NCBI GenBank assembly: GCA_041483195.1
Contig: JBGPFC010000004.1
Span: forward strand, 32,001 to 96,000
DNA: 64,000 nucleotides
Source of the DNA: Candidatus Eiseniibacteriota bacterium
GTDB lineage: Bacteria > Eisenbacteria > RBG-16-71-46
Direction of reading: 5' to 3'
The position numbers were made by a program, and so were the translations under genes. Shown piece after piece: positions 6,119-15,243 of the stretch; position 1 is the first letter of the stretch; each line of letters starts with the position of its first letter. Under the pieces are notes generated by a model. It worked only from the letters and a program-made list of their open reading frames with translations, was not told where the DNA came from and did not search any database.

Positions 6119-8317
6119 TCACTCAGCAAGGATCTCGTCCGCGAGATCGTCGAGGCCCGCGCGTGCGACAGGACCAACTTTCGTCTTCGCTCGGTTAATG
6201 TGATCCCGCACCCGGCGCCTGATCACGCGCTCCGGGAGATCCCGAATCCCCTCACGCACTGCCTCAGCCTCGTCCAGAATTTCCGGCGTCATGTAACGCA
6301 CAATACCAGCATCCATAATAAGGGGCAGGCGCTCTTCTGTGGCTTTTGTGACCCGTCGCCTAACTGGGCCAAACGCCAAGTAGTTCACGAGAAAGTCTGC
6401 GCTCAGAACCGGCGAGTCAGGCGCCGTCCCTTTCATGAGCGATCCGAGGCGCGGTCTGAGATCAAACGCGCGCCGATCGATAGTCAGCCACCACGCATCA
6501 TATCCGAATGGGGATGCCTTCTGCATCGACCGCAACTGTGTGATCCCACAATAGCATTCTACGTCGTGCTCCACCAAATGCGTGATAGCCATCTCATCAA
6601 TCAACATGTCCTTCGGTCTCCGACGCGCCTCATGAGCCTCATACCAGACCTGCTGCAGGGCGTTTCTTAGGTCCGCACCTGCTCTATCCCGCTCCTCGTG
6701 CAAGTCGCGACGCTGCACCCCAAACTCATCTTCGAGATAGCTCGCGATATCGTTCTCCGGCTGTTCGTCCCCACGAAAGTTTTCCAGCCAGCCCGCAAAC
6801 TCTCCCCGCGTGCGACCGCTGGCTGCGAAGCGGTCGAGCAAGTAGGGTACTCTTCCAATCCACTGCCCAGCCTTCATTCGTGCGCACGCCACAGCACGGT
6901 TCATGTGCCGCTCGATTTCTTCGATTACGCCGGCGGTCACGTAAAGCTCGATACCTGCCTCGCGCGCCGCTCGCATCATTCTCGTAAACCGTCCGCCTCC
7001 TTCTTCGTCAAGAGACTCTGCCAAGAGCGGCAACGCTATTGTCGTGTCGAGCCAGAGCCTTCCGCCAGAAAACATCTTCCCAACCGCCGCTTCGACATCT
7101 GGCGTTTGTCGCAAGAACGCGAGGAGTGTATGCGCATCGATCAGCGTGCGCAGATGCCCCCGAATCGCCGGGTCATCGCTAAGAACCACCTCGCTGACAC
7201 CACCCTCAAGTGCCGCCATCCAGTCCACGCCGTCGCGCTTTGGTAATGCGTTTGCCGCCAAGTCAGCCAGTGCTGCTGTCTTGAGATCGTCGCTTGGGGG
7301 CATCGTCGGCCCGCCGCTCTGCACGGCCAAGGCAAACGCCTGACTGCGCTGGAAGAGGACAGCTTCTGACGTTCTCCTCATAGCGGCAGCGAGGAGTCGG
7401 CTGTCCTCAGGTGCAGCAGTGCTGTCCTGCAAGGTCGCGTCAGCAAGATTCTGTATCGCATCCTGGAGCCTAGCTTCAGCAAGTGCCGCTGCAATCTTGA
7501 ATTCGGCCAAGCGCAAGAGCTCCTCATGACTCAGGCAGAACTCGTCGTCCTTCGGGTAATGCCTTATGGCCTTTTTTGCCAAGCGCCTCAGAGCTGACTC
7601 AACGTAGGGCGCAATATCCTTCGCGTCGTGCCCCGGGAGCACGGCGCACACTCGCTCCCGCACCGCAGCACGGCTAAGCCGGTGGTTCGGGTCGGTGTGC
7701 GCCAACGCCGAGCGCACAAGTGCCTCAAAGGCCAGCTTTGTTAGGCCCTTCTCTCTGATGTCGTCCTGCCACTGGAGGCCGAGGTAGGTGAGTGCCGCTA
7801 CGGCCTCGGTGCCCGTGAGATCAGTTGCCCCTCTCGGACGGAGACCGTAATCGACGAGCAGTGGCTCGACTATCACCCGAGCCAGTTCATCTGCCGCGGC
7901 CTCCCGGGCATGATCTGTGTTGACGCGCTCGATGAACCAGCGCAGATCGCGAACATCCAGTCCTAGCGAGAACTCCTTGCGAAGCCTGCGCTTCAATTCA
8001 TCGGCAGCTGCACCTATGTTCTGGTTGCACATGTAAACTAGCGCGATCGCTTGTGGATGCGTCTTCTTCAGACGCTGCGCTGTCTTTACAATCTTGTTCT
8101 CCCAATTCGCGGCGACCGAGTACTGTACGGCGACCTGCGGCTCGTGTTCAGGGGAGAATAGCTCGCTGTCACGACCTCCATCGCCGCTAGCCGCTGCCGT
8201 CGTGCGAAGTTCGGAGAATTCCGCGGCCAAGAATACGGACGACAAGTGCTCAAAACGCTCCCAATCAGAGGGCTGAAGCCTCTCCAACGCCAGCTGAAAG
8301 CGCCCGCTGTTCATCAT
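6119..8317 (-). CDS. hypothetical ~732 aa protein: N-terminal PD-(D/E)xK/Mrr-like nuclease domain + central PIN-like domain (candidate defence protein)
   Basis: GGAGG RBS before ATG 8317. N-terminal WERFEHL...GDGGRDSELF...VAVQYS (restriction-endonuclease-like). LWLDTTIALPLL...YVTAGVIEEIERH...EHDVEC...WWLTIDR (PIN-like acidic residues). Confidence 0.65.
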   Translation of the reverse strand: MMNSGRFQLALERLQPSDWERFEHLSSVFLAAEFSELRTTAAASGDGGRDSELFSPEHEPQVAVQYSVAANWENKIVKTAQRLKKTHPQAIALVYMCNQNIGAAADELKRRLRKEFSLGLDVRDLRWFIERVNTDHAREAAADELARVIVEPLLVDYGLRPRGATDLTGTEAVAALTYLGLQWQDDIREKGLTKLAFEALVRSALAHTDPNHRLSRAAVRERVCAVLPGHDAKDIAPYVESALRRLAKKAIRHYPKDDEFCLSHEELLRLAEFKIAAALAEARLQDAIQNLADATLQDSTAAPEDSRLLAAAMRRTSEAVLFQRSQAFALAVQSGGPTMPPSDDLKTAALADLAANALPKRDGVDWMAALEGGVSEVVLSDDPAIRGHLRTLIDAHTLLAFLRQTPDVEAAVGKMFSGGRLWLDTTIALPLLAESLDEEGGGRFTRMMRAAREAGIELYVTAGVIEEIERHMNRAVACARMKAGQWIGRVPYLLDRFAASGRTRGEFAGWLENFRGDEQPENDIASYLEDEFGVQRRDLHEERDRAGADLRNALQQVWYEAHEARRRPKDMLIDEMAITHLVEHDVECYCGITQLRSMQKASPFGYDAWWLTIDRRAFDLRPRLGSLMKGTAPDSPVLSADFLVNYLAFGPVRRRVTKATEERLPLIMDAGIVRYMTPEILDEAEAVREGIRDLPERVIRRRVRDHINRAKTKVGPVARAGLDDLADEILAE

Positions 8318-8690
8318 GTCGTCCCTCCAATCACAGCTAGATCCTGCGCCCTCGGCCACTCCATAGATATTCGAGGACGTAGTGGGGATCCTTGTCATGA
8401 GTCATTGGCCCTACCGTCGCGAGATGGTTTCGCCCCTCGCCTACGAAGAGTTCCGCGCGACGCAGATCGCGCTGCGATGGCATCCGCGCCCCGAATGATT
8501 CGACAGCGGTCCCAGTCTTCACCATAGCAAAGCGCGGGAGAGGTTCCCAGTCCGTCGGGCCTTCGCCTTCGAAACTTCGCGATGAACCAACTGATCGCTG
8601 CTCGGAGTTGTGTAGGTCGTGCTCGTCCGCGATTGCAAGACTGTCGGATTCAAGCCTTGTCTCAAGGCTGCCGCGTACGACTTCCATCTT

Positions 8691-9008
8691 CTACCCCTCC
8701 CCCCGCTTCTTCGCCAGCACGCCCTCCCACGCCTTCATCCGCCTCGCGATCTCCGCCTCGAATCCCTCCTGCGTCGGCTCGTAAAACCGACGCCCCGCGA
8801 GTTCATCCGGCAGGTGCGCCTGATCGGTGATCCGATCCGGGTCGTCGTGTGCGTACTGGTAGCCCGCGCCGTAGCCCAGGTCCTTCATTAGCCGCGTCGG
8901 CGCATTGCGGATCACGAGCGGCGGCGGCAGGCTGCCGCACTTCTCGACCTCCTCGTTCGCGCGTCCGAAGCCCGCGTACACCGCCTCGCTCTTGGGCGCG
9001 ACGGCCAG
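8691..9008 (-). pseudogene. rarA: orphan duplicate of the rarA 3' end (direct repeat of 11560-11869)
   Basis: 8699-9008 aligns ungapped with 11560-11869, with about 27 mismatches in 310 bp by hand count. Encodes LAVAPKS...PPPLVIRNAPTRLMKDLGYGAGYQYAHDD...KKRGEG* with no rarA 5' part. Confidence 0.9.
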
Positions 9009-9039
9009 CCCTTGCGAATCGCGCCCACTGCCAGCGCGG

Positions 9040-9942
9040 CTAAGCACGGTCCTTTGGCCGCCTGATGTGTCGGTCGATTGAATCTTGGAGGGACCTCGTC
9101 ATGCCTGCCTCCATCGCCACCGCCTGAACCAATCTGTTGCCGCGCTGGACCAGCGCACGCGCCAGATCCAGCCTCTCGGGCCCGAGCGTGTCACCATCCA
9201 TGTCACCCAGCAGGGAAACTAGCTTTTCCTGGTAAGCGACTACCTCTTCGGCAAGACCCGTCGTAATTCTCGGCCTTCTTGTGGCCTCGGAAACCTCCGC
9301 CAAGAGCGGCCTCAGCTCTCCGCTAAGGACCTCGCGCAGGACGTTCAGCGGAACCCCGCCCCCCCCGTCGCCGATCCTCTTCTCGACGCTCGCGACCGAG
9401 ATTCGAAGCTCCCCTACGGCTGCCAACACATCCGCGAGCTGCCGCTGCTCAGGATTGCCGCTTCGTCTCAGGAATTCGAGGTCCAGGGCGACCGAAATGG
9501 GGCTGTCCACTTCAGCCCCGGGCTGTTGCAGGCTCTTCATCTGCCGCTCAATCTCTCCTCTTGCCGCCTCCACGCTATCCAGATCGCGGTGGTCTACCTC
9601 CACGCTTCTGATGGCGGCAACATCGAATGGAATTCTTTCCCCTCGCTGTATTAGTTGGACGTATGGCTTTCTCAAGACATGGCGAATCGCCAATTCATAG
9701 AACACATTAGGATTGCGCTCCGTTAGGTCGGCGATCACGATTGGATCATCGACAATGTGTTGAATCACTTGTGTCGTTATCAGTCCCGGCTCACTAATCT
9801 GATCCGCGCGGATGGCATTATATCCACAGGCCCGCGCAGCTGGCTGGACAACGTACCGGAGGATTTGGTCCGATCGTCGCCGTGTATCTGAGTCCACGTC
9901 ACCAATCGGAGCTATGAATAGGCAAATCTTCTTGTCGTCCAT
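9040..9942 (-). CDS. nucleoside 2-deoxyribosyltransferase (NDT)-like domain protein with helical C-terminus
   Basis: GGAGG RBS. Motifs CLFIAPIG...RRRSD...RADQISEPGLIT...IVIADLTERNPNVFYELAIRH...IPFDV. Confidence 0.8.
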   Translation of the reverse strand: MDDKKICLFIAPIGDVDSDTRRRSDQILRYVVQPAARACGYNAIRADQISEPGLITTQVIQHIVDDPIVIADLTERNPNVFYELAIRHVLRKPYVQLIQRGERIPFDVAAIRSVEVDHRDLDSVEAARGEIERQMKSLQQPGAEVDSPISVALDLEFLRRSGNPEQRQLADVLAAVGELRISVASVEKRIGDGGGGVPLNVLREVLSGELRPLLAEVSEATRRPRITTGLAEEVVAYQEKLVSLLGDMDGDTLGPERLDLARALVQRGNRLVQAVAMEAGMTRSLQDSIDRHIRRPKDRA

Positions 9943-10047
9943 TGATCCACCTCCGAGACCTCTACGCCACCAGGCGCATGTGACCGCAGGCCCTCAAGCA
10001 GATCGCACGCTGAACGACTTGCTGCGGGGTCTGCACCGGTTCGACGC

Positions 10048-11193
10048 CTACAAAAAACTGACGCTCACGAGCGTCACGTCGTCCTCCTGTCCAATCTCGG
10101 CAGAGAACTCCGTCCCCGCTGAAATAAGCTCGTCGAGAAGCACCTCACCCCCCATTGGCCAACGCGCAATCTGCTCAACGACTCGCGTCGCGCCGAAGAA
10201 GTCGTCTGGGCCTCTAAGATCCAGCATTCCATCCGTGAGGAGAAGAAGTCGCTCGGAGCCCACAAACGGCACTACTTGTTTTACGTGCGGAAGCGATCGC
10301 AGCTCAGGCATCGGTGAAATCATTGGTCCACTTTCCGTCAGAGGCACCGGTGGCCAATCGACTCCCCACTTGTATGGTGACGGGTGGCCCGCGTTCACGT
10401 ACTCGAGCACCTCGTTGTCGGGATCAATGCGCATCGCTACGAGTGTCACAAAATGAGTTTCAGTGCACTGGGCGAGTGACTCAGAGACGCGATGGACGAC
10501 GGCGTCTGGGGCAAAGTCTTCGGCGTTCGAGCTGTGAAACGCCGACTTCACGACAGCGGTCAGCATCGCCGGAGCGAGGCCGTGGCCGGCGATGTCCGCA
10601 AGAATCAACGCGACGCGCGAGCCGTCAAGGACTGCATAGTCTGCGAAATCACCACCGAGGCGAAATCGCGGTTTATAGCGGCAGGACAGTGAGAGCCGCC
10701 CGACGTTGGGGAACTTGGCTGGAACGAGGCCAGCCTGCAGGGCTCGCGCATCTTCAACTTCTCTCTTGTACCGCTGCCCGATGTGATATTCCTCGAGGAG
10801 CCATCGTTGGCTGAGACAGCGCTCCACAATGGCGCATAGCTCTTCGTCGCCAAACGGTTTCTGCAGATAGTAGAATGCGGTCTTCTGGAGTGCTTGCATG
10901 AGCCGATCGCCGAGCGTCTTGTAACCGGTCATGAGGATCACGTCTACGTCCGGAAGGAGCAGCTTCAGTTGATCGAGGAGTTCAAACCCAGCACTGTCGC
11001 TTTGGCCAAGAACCACATCGAGCATGATGAGCTTCGGGCGGAATTCTCTAGCGAGGTCTGGCGCTGCTCGCCAAGAGGCTGTGGTGGCGAGGTCATGCTG
11101 ATCCTGCAGCGCGAGATCAATTCGATGAAGTAGCTTTGGGTCGTCGTCGACGACCAGGATCCGCGTTCGGCGAGGACGACCATCCTGAATCAT
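10048..11193 (-). CDS. response regulator receiver + PP2C/SpoIIE (RsbU-like) phosphatase
   Basis: REC domain (ILVVDDD, LIMLDV, YLQKPF) and PP2C motifs GGDFAD, ADIAGHG, VNAGHP, LLTDGM, EDDVTLV. Start uncertain (11193 vs 11319). Confidence 0.88.
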   Translation of the reverse strand: MIQDGRPRRTRILVVDDDPKLLHRIDLALQDQHDLATTASWRAAPDLAREFRPKLIMLDVVLGQSDSAGFELLDQLKLLLPDVDVILMTGYKTLGDRLMQALQKTAFYYLQKPFGDEELCAIVERCLSQRWLLEEYHIGQRYKREVEDARALQAGLVPAKFPNVGRLSLSCRYKPRFRLGGDFADYAVLDGSRVALILADIAGHGLAPAMLTAVVKSAFHSSNAEDFAPDAVVHRVSESLAQCTETHFVTLVAMRIDPDNEVLEYVNAGHPSPYKWGVDWPPVPLTESGPMISPMPELRSLPHVKQVVPFVGSERLLLLTDGMLDLRGPDDFFGATRVVEQIARWPMGGEVLLDELISAGTEFSAEIGQEDDVTLVSVSFL

Positions 11194-11536
11194 CCGCGGA
11201 AACTCCTGTGGGCTTGCGCGGCGAGTGAAAGTTGCATCGCCTTCGCCAGTTCCTCTCGGGGGTGCGCACGCACATTCGCTGGCACGGAGATTGACGGCAG
11301 AGACGCGGAAAGCAGCCAACGAGGAGAGATTGATGAGTTGAGCGCTGGCAGGATAGCATACAAAGTCAAATCACGCTGGAAGATCCTCATGAACTTGGCT
11401 GCCGAAGCTCTCGAAATCGGGGAGATTTGATTCGAGCGCGAGGAGCGGGGATCCTTCACCTCGGTCGATGCGCGGCGATTGACTGTGCGGAACTCACACG
11501 CATTCGATGGTTGGTGAAAACTGAGTTCACGCCAGT

Positions 11537-12889
11537 CTAGGACTCGCGTGTTTTGGCGCCCCCCCGCTTCTTCGCCAGCACGCCCTCCCACGCCTTCATC
11601 CGCTTCGCGATCTCCGCCTCGAATCCCTCCTGCGTCGGCTCGTAGAACTTTCGCCCCGCGAGTTCATCCGGCAGGTGCGCCTGATCCGTGATGCGATCCG
11701 GGTCGTCGTGCGCGTACTGGTAGCCCGCGCCGTAGCCGAGGTCCTTCATCAGCCGCGTCGGCGCGTTGCGGATCACGAGCGGCGGCGGCAGGCTGCCGCT
11801 GGATTCGATCTCGGCGTTCGCCTTCCCGAATCCCGCGTACACCGCGTTGCTCTTGGGCGCGACCGCCAGGTACACGCAGCACTGCGCGAGCGCCAGCTCG
11901 CCCTCCGGGGATCCGAGCTGGTGATACGCCTGAAACGCCGCGACCGCGAGCGGCAGCGCGTGCGGATCGGCGTTGCCCACGTCCTCGCTCGCGAATCGCA
12001 CCAGCCGCCGCGCCACGTAGAGCGGGTCGTCGCCCGCGGCCAGCATGCGCGCGAGCCAGTAGAGGCCGGCGTGCGGGTCGGAGTCGCGCAGCGACTTGTG
12101 CAGCGCCGAGATCAGATTGAAGTGCTCCTCCCCCGCGCGGTCGTAACGCAGGTGGCGGCGCGCGAGCGCGGTGCGCACGTCCTCGGCGGTGATGCGCCCC
12201 GCCTTCGCGCCGGCCGCGGCCACCTCGAGCGTGTTGAGCGCGCGCCGCGCGTCGCCGTCTGCGGCCTGCGCCAGCAGCTCGAGCGCGTCATCGTCCGCCG
12301 CGATCTTGCCGCCGAAGCCGCGCTCGGGATCCGCGAGCGCGCGTTCCACCAGCTGCCGCAGATCGGCGGGCGCGAGTTCCTTCAGCACCACGACCCGCGC
12401 GCGCGAGAGCAACGCGGCGTTCACCTCGAACGATGGGTTCTCGGTGGTGGCGCCGATCAGCACGATGTCGCCCTTTTCGACGTGCGAGAGGAACGCGTCC
12501 TGCTGCGCCTTGTTGAAGCGGTGGATCTCGTCGACGAACAGGATGGTCGAGCGCTTGGTGCGGCGCCGCTCCTGCGCGGCGCGCTGCATGATCTCCTTGG
12601 CTTCCTTCACGCCCGAGAGCACGGCGCTCACCGCGACGAAGGGCGCGCCCGCGGTGCGCGCGATCAGGCGCGCGATGGTGGTCTTGCCGCTCCCGGGCGG
12701 GCCCCACAGCACGATCGAGGAGAGATGCTTCCCGTCGCGCATGAGCGCGAGCGCGCTGCCGGGGGCGAACAGCTGCGACTGCCCGAGCAGCTCGTCGAAC
12801 GTGCGCGGGCGCATGCGGTCCGCGAGCGGGGCGCCGGGGTCGGGCGCTCCCTGCGCGGCGGCCGCGTTGCCGAATAGATCGTCTGTCAT
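11537..12889 (-). CDS. rarA: replication-associated recombination protein A (MgsA/RarA AAA+ ATPase)
   Basis: PLADRMRP, WGPPGSGKTT, FVDEIHRFNKAQQD, GATTENPSFEVN, LISALHKSLR, ASEDVG. Confidence 0.97.
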   Translation of the reverse strand: MTDDLFGNAAAAQGAPDPGAPLADRMRPRTFDELLGQSQLFAPGSALALMRDGKHLSSIVLWGPPGSGKTTIARLIARTAGAPFVAVSAVLSGVKEAKEIMQRAAQERRRTKRSTILFVDEIHRFNKAQQDAFLSHVEKGDIVLIGATTENPSFEVNAALLSRARVVVLKELAPADLRQLVERALADPERGFGGKIAADDDALELLAQAADGDARRALNTLEVAAAGAKAGRITAEDVRTALARRHLRYDRAGEEHFNLISALHKSLRDSDPHAGLYWLARMLAAGDDPLYVARRLVRFASEDVGNADPHALPLAVAAFQAYHQLGSPEGELALAQCCVYLAVAPKSNAVYAGFGKANAEIESSGSLPPPLVIRNAPTRLMKDLGYGAGYQYAHDDPDRITDQAHLPDELAGRKFYEPTQEGFEAEIAKRMKAWEGVLAKKRGGAKTRES

Positions 12890-13827
12890 TCGCGCTCGTC
12901 CGGGCCGCCCGCGCGCGCGTGCGGGGGACGCTCGGGCTCGAGCGACGGGGCGATCGCGGGGCGCGGGAGTTCCGGAAGCGAGACGACCTCGTCTCGCGGG
13001 GCCCACCGCATGATCGCGCGCGCCGCCTCCTCAACGTCGATCGGGCGCCCGAGCTTCGCGCCGAGCGATTCGAGCCGCGCGAACAGCTCGGCGAGCACCG
13101 GCGGCTCGATGTTGCTGCGCAGCAGCATCGCGGGATCGCGGAAGATCTCGCGCGGCGCGCCCTGCGCCACGATCTCGCCGCCGCGCAGCAGCACGTACAC
13201 CATGTCGGCCATCGCGGGCACCACGTTCACGTCGTGGGTCGCGATCACGAGCGTCACGCCGTGCTCGGTATGGAGCCGGTTCAGGAGCGCGACCAGGTCG
13301 CGGCGCGATGCGGGATCGAGCCCCTCGAACGGCTCGTCGAGCACCAGCAGCTCGGGCGAGAGCACCAGCGCGCCCGCGAGCGCCACCTTGCGCTTCTCGC
13401 CGCCCGAGAGGTGATGGCACACCTTGTCGCGCAGGTGCGCGATGCCCACCTTCTCGAGCGCGGCGTGCACCAGGCGATCGACCTCTTCGTCGGCGTAGCC
13501 GTAGTTGCGCGGCGAGAACGAGACGTCGTCCCACACGGTGGGCGCGATGATCTGCTCCTCGACGTTCTGCAGCAGCACGCCCACGCGCTCGCGGATACGG
13601 TTGAAGTGGCGGGCGGGATTGACGCCGAACACCGAGACCTCGCCCTCCTGCGGCTCGAGCAGCCCGAGGATGTGGAACAGCAGGGTGGTCTTGCCGCAGC
13701 CGTTGGGCCCGAGGATCAGCACGCGCTGGCCCCTCGCGACCACGAAGTCGAGCCCGCACAGGTGGACCTGGGTGCGATCGGGATAGGTGTGCCGCACGCA
13801 CGAGACGCGCACCACGGTCTCGCTCAT
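12886..13827 (-). CDS. cbiO: ECF transporter ATPase (CbiO-like)
   Basis: GPNGCGKTT, LSGGEKRKVALAG, LVLDEP. ATGA overlaps with both neighbours. Confidence 0.85.
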   Translation of the reverse strand: MSETVVRVSCVRHTYPDRTQVHLCGLDFVVARGQRVLILGPNGCGKTTLLFHILGLLEPQEGEVSVFGVNPARHFNRIRERVGVLLQNVEEQIIAPTVWDDVSFSPRNYGYADEEVDRLVHAALEKVGIAHLRDKVCHHLSGGEKRKVALAGALVLSPELLVLDEPFEGLDPASRRDLVALLNRLHTEHGVTLVIATHDVNVVPAMADMVYVLLRGGEIVAQGAPREIFRDPAMLLRSNIEPPVLAELFARLESLGAKLGRPIDVEEAARAIMRWAPRDEVVSLPELPRPAIAPSLEPERPPHARAGGPDERE

Positions 13828-14543
13828 CCCATCCTCCATAGGGTCACCGCGCCGGCGGCGAGCAATGCGCCCGCGAACACCACCCACGCGTCGTCGCGCG
13901 TCCACTCCGCCCAGTGGCGGCAGCCGCAGATGCGCCCCGAGTGCCCGCGCAGCAGCATGGTCGAGTAGAGCCGCTGGCTGCGCTCGAACGAGTAGAGCAC
14001 CAGGGTCGCGAGCCCCTCGCCCGCGAGCGGCAGGCGCTTGCGCGCGGGCAGGCCGTCGCCGCCGCGCAGGTGAAGCGCGCGGAACCAGCGCTGCGCGCGC
14101 GCGAGCAGCTCGAACAGCGCGCGATAGGTGAGGAACAGCCCATCGCCCACGCTGCGCGGCAGCGCGCGCGAGATGGGCGCGAACAGGTCGGGATAGGGCG
14201 TGGTGCCGATCAGCCACACCACGAACATGCTGGCGGTGAGCGGGCGCAGTATGAGGCGCAGCGGGGTCTCGAACGTCCCGTCCCAGCGCAGCCCGACGAA
14301 CAACCCAACGAACAGCAGCGGATAGCCGGCGGCCGCGATCAGCAGCCGGAACGGAATGCGGCTGGTGATCGCGAGCACCGCGCCCGCGGCGAACAGCCCG
14401 GCCTGCAGCCGCCAGCCCGGCGCGAACACCGCGAGCAGCACCGCGACCACCGCGAGGACCAGCTTCGAGAGCGCGCTCGCGCGGTGCCATGGCGAGCGGC
14501 CGGCGTTCGCGATGTAGTCGATCTGCGCGATGGTGTTGATCAC
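13824..14543 (-). CDS. cbiQ: ECF transporter T component (CbiQ-like)
   Basis: SPWHRASALSKL, TTPYPDLF, LTYRALF, SFERSQRLYSTMLLRG. Confidence 0.85.
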   Translation of the reverse strand: MINTIAQIDYIANAGRSPWHRASALSKLVLAVVAVLLAVFAPGWRLQAGLFAAGAVLAITSRIPFRLLIAAAGYPLLFVGLFVGLRWDGTFETPLRLILRPLTASMFVVWLIGTTPYPDLFAPISRALPRSVGDGLFLTYRALFELLARAQRWFRALHLRGGDGLPARKRLPLAGEGLATLVLYSFERSQRLYSTMLLRGHSGRICGCRHWAEWTRDDAWVVFAGALLAAGAVTLWRMG

Positions 14544-15241
14544 GTCGTGCTCCGCGCGGCGGGCGTGGCGAGCGTGGGCGTCGGGGCCGCGGCGTTCGGC
14601 AGCAGGTCGGGCCTCACGCGCATGAGGAATCGTCCGATCCCGAACGCCACCGCGGACTCGATCACGATCGCGAGCAGCCACAGCGCAGCGCTGATGGCCG
14701 CGAACACGCCGATGCGCGCGACCCCCTGCACCAGCGCCGGGGTCGCCGACGGCGCGACCCGCAGCGCGAGCGCGATGAGCGCGAACCAGAGCGCGCCCGA
14801 CACCAGCTGGGTCGCGGCGGTCGCGATCGCGAGCGAGGCCGGCGCGCCGAAGCGAGCCGCGCAGCGGTCGTACACCGGCCGCGCGATCGCGGCGCCAGCG
14901 CCCATCACGATCATGTTGAGTCCCACCACCGTCAGTCCGCCCTGGCCGAGCATCGCGAGAATCACGACCACCACCGCGATCACCTGATAGCTGCCCGCGG
15001 GGCCGAGCAGCACGCCCACCGGACCCGCCAGCGTCAGACAATACTCCAGCGCGAACACCGGGAGCGGAATGCTCATCACGGCGAGCATCAGCCCGCCGAG
15101 CGCGCCCTGGAGCGCGATGCGCTTGGGCGAGCGGTCGCGCGCCGCGCGCGCGCTCCACACCAGCGCGATCAGCGCGAGCGCGAGGCCGGGCGCCCACAGC
15201 AGCGGCGGCAGCACGCCGTCTGGAATGTGGAGGTGCGACAT
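14540..15241 (-). CDS. cbiM: Co/Ni ECF S component (CbiM/NikM-like)
   Basis: N-terminal HIPDGVL, GVLLGP, GQGGLTVVGLN. Confidence 0.85.
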   Translation of the reverse strand: MSHLHIPDGVLPPLLWAPGLALALIALVWSARAARDRSPKRIALQGALGGLMLAVMSIPLPVFALEYCLTLAGPVGVLLGPAGSYQVIAVVVVILAMLGQGGLTVVGLNMIVMGAGAAIARPVYDRCAARFGAPASLAIATAATQLVSGALWFALIALALRVAPSATPALVQGVARIGVFAAISAALWLLAIVIESAVAFGIGRFLMRVRPDLLPNAAAPTPTLATPAARSTT

Positions 15242-15243
15242 GG

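Noticed and set aside
8691..9047. 118-aa ORF as a functional gene
   Set aside because: It is the duplicated rarA tail with a chance upstream start overlapping the NDT gene stop.
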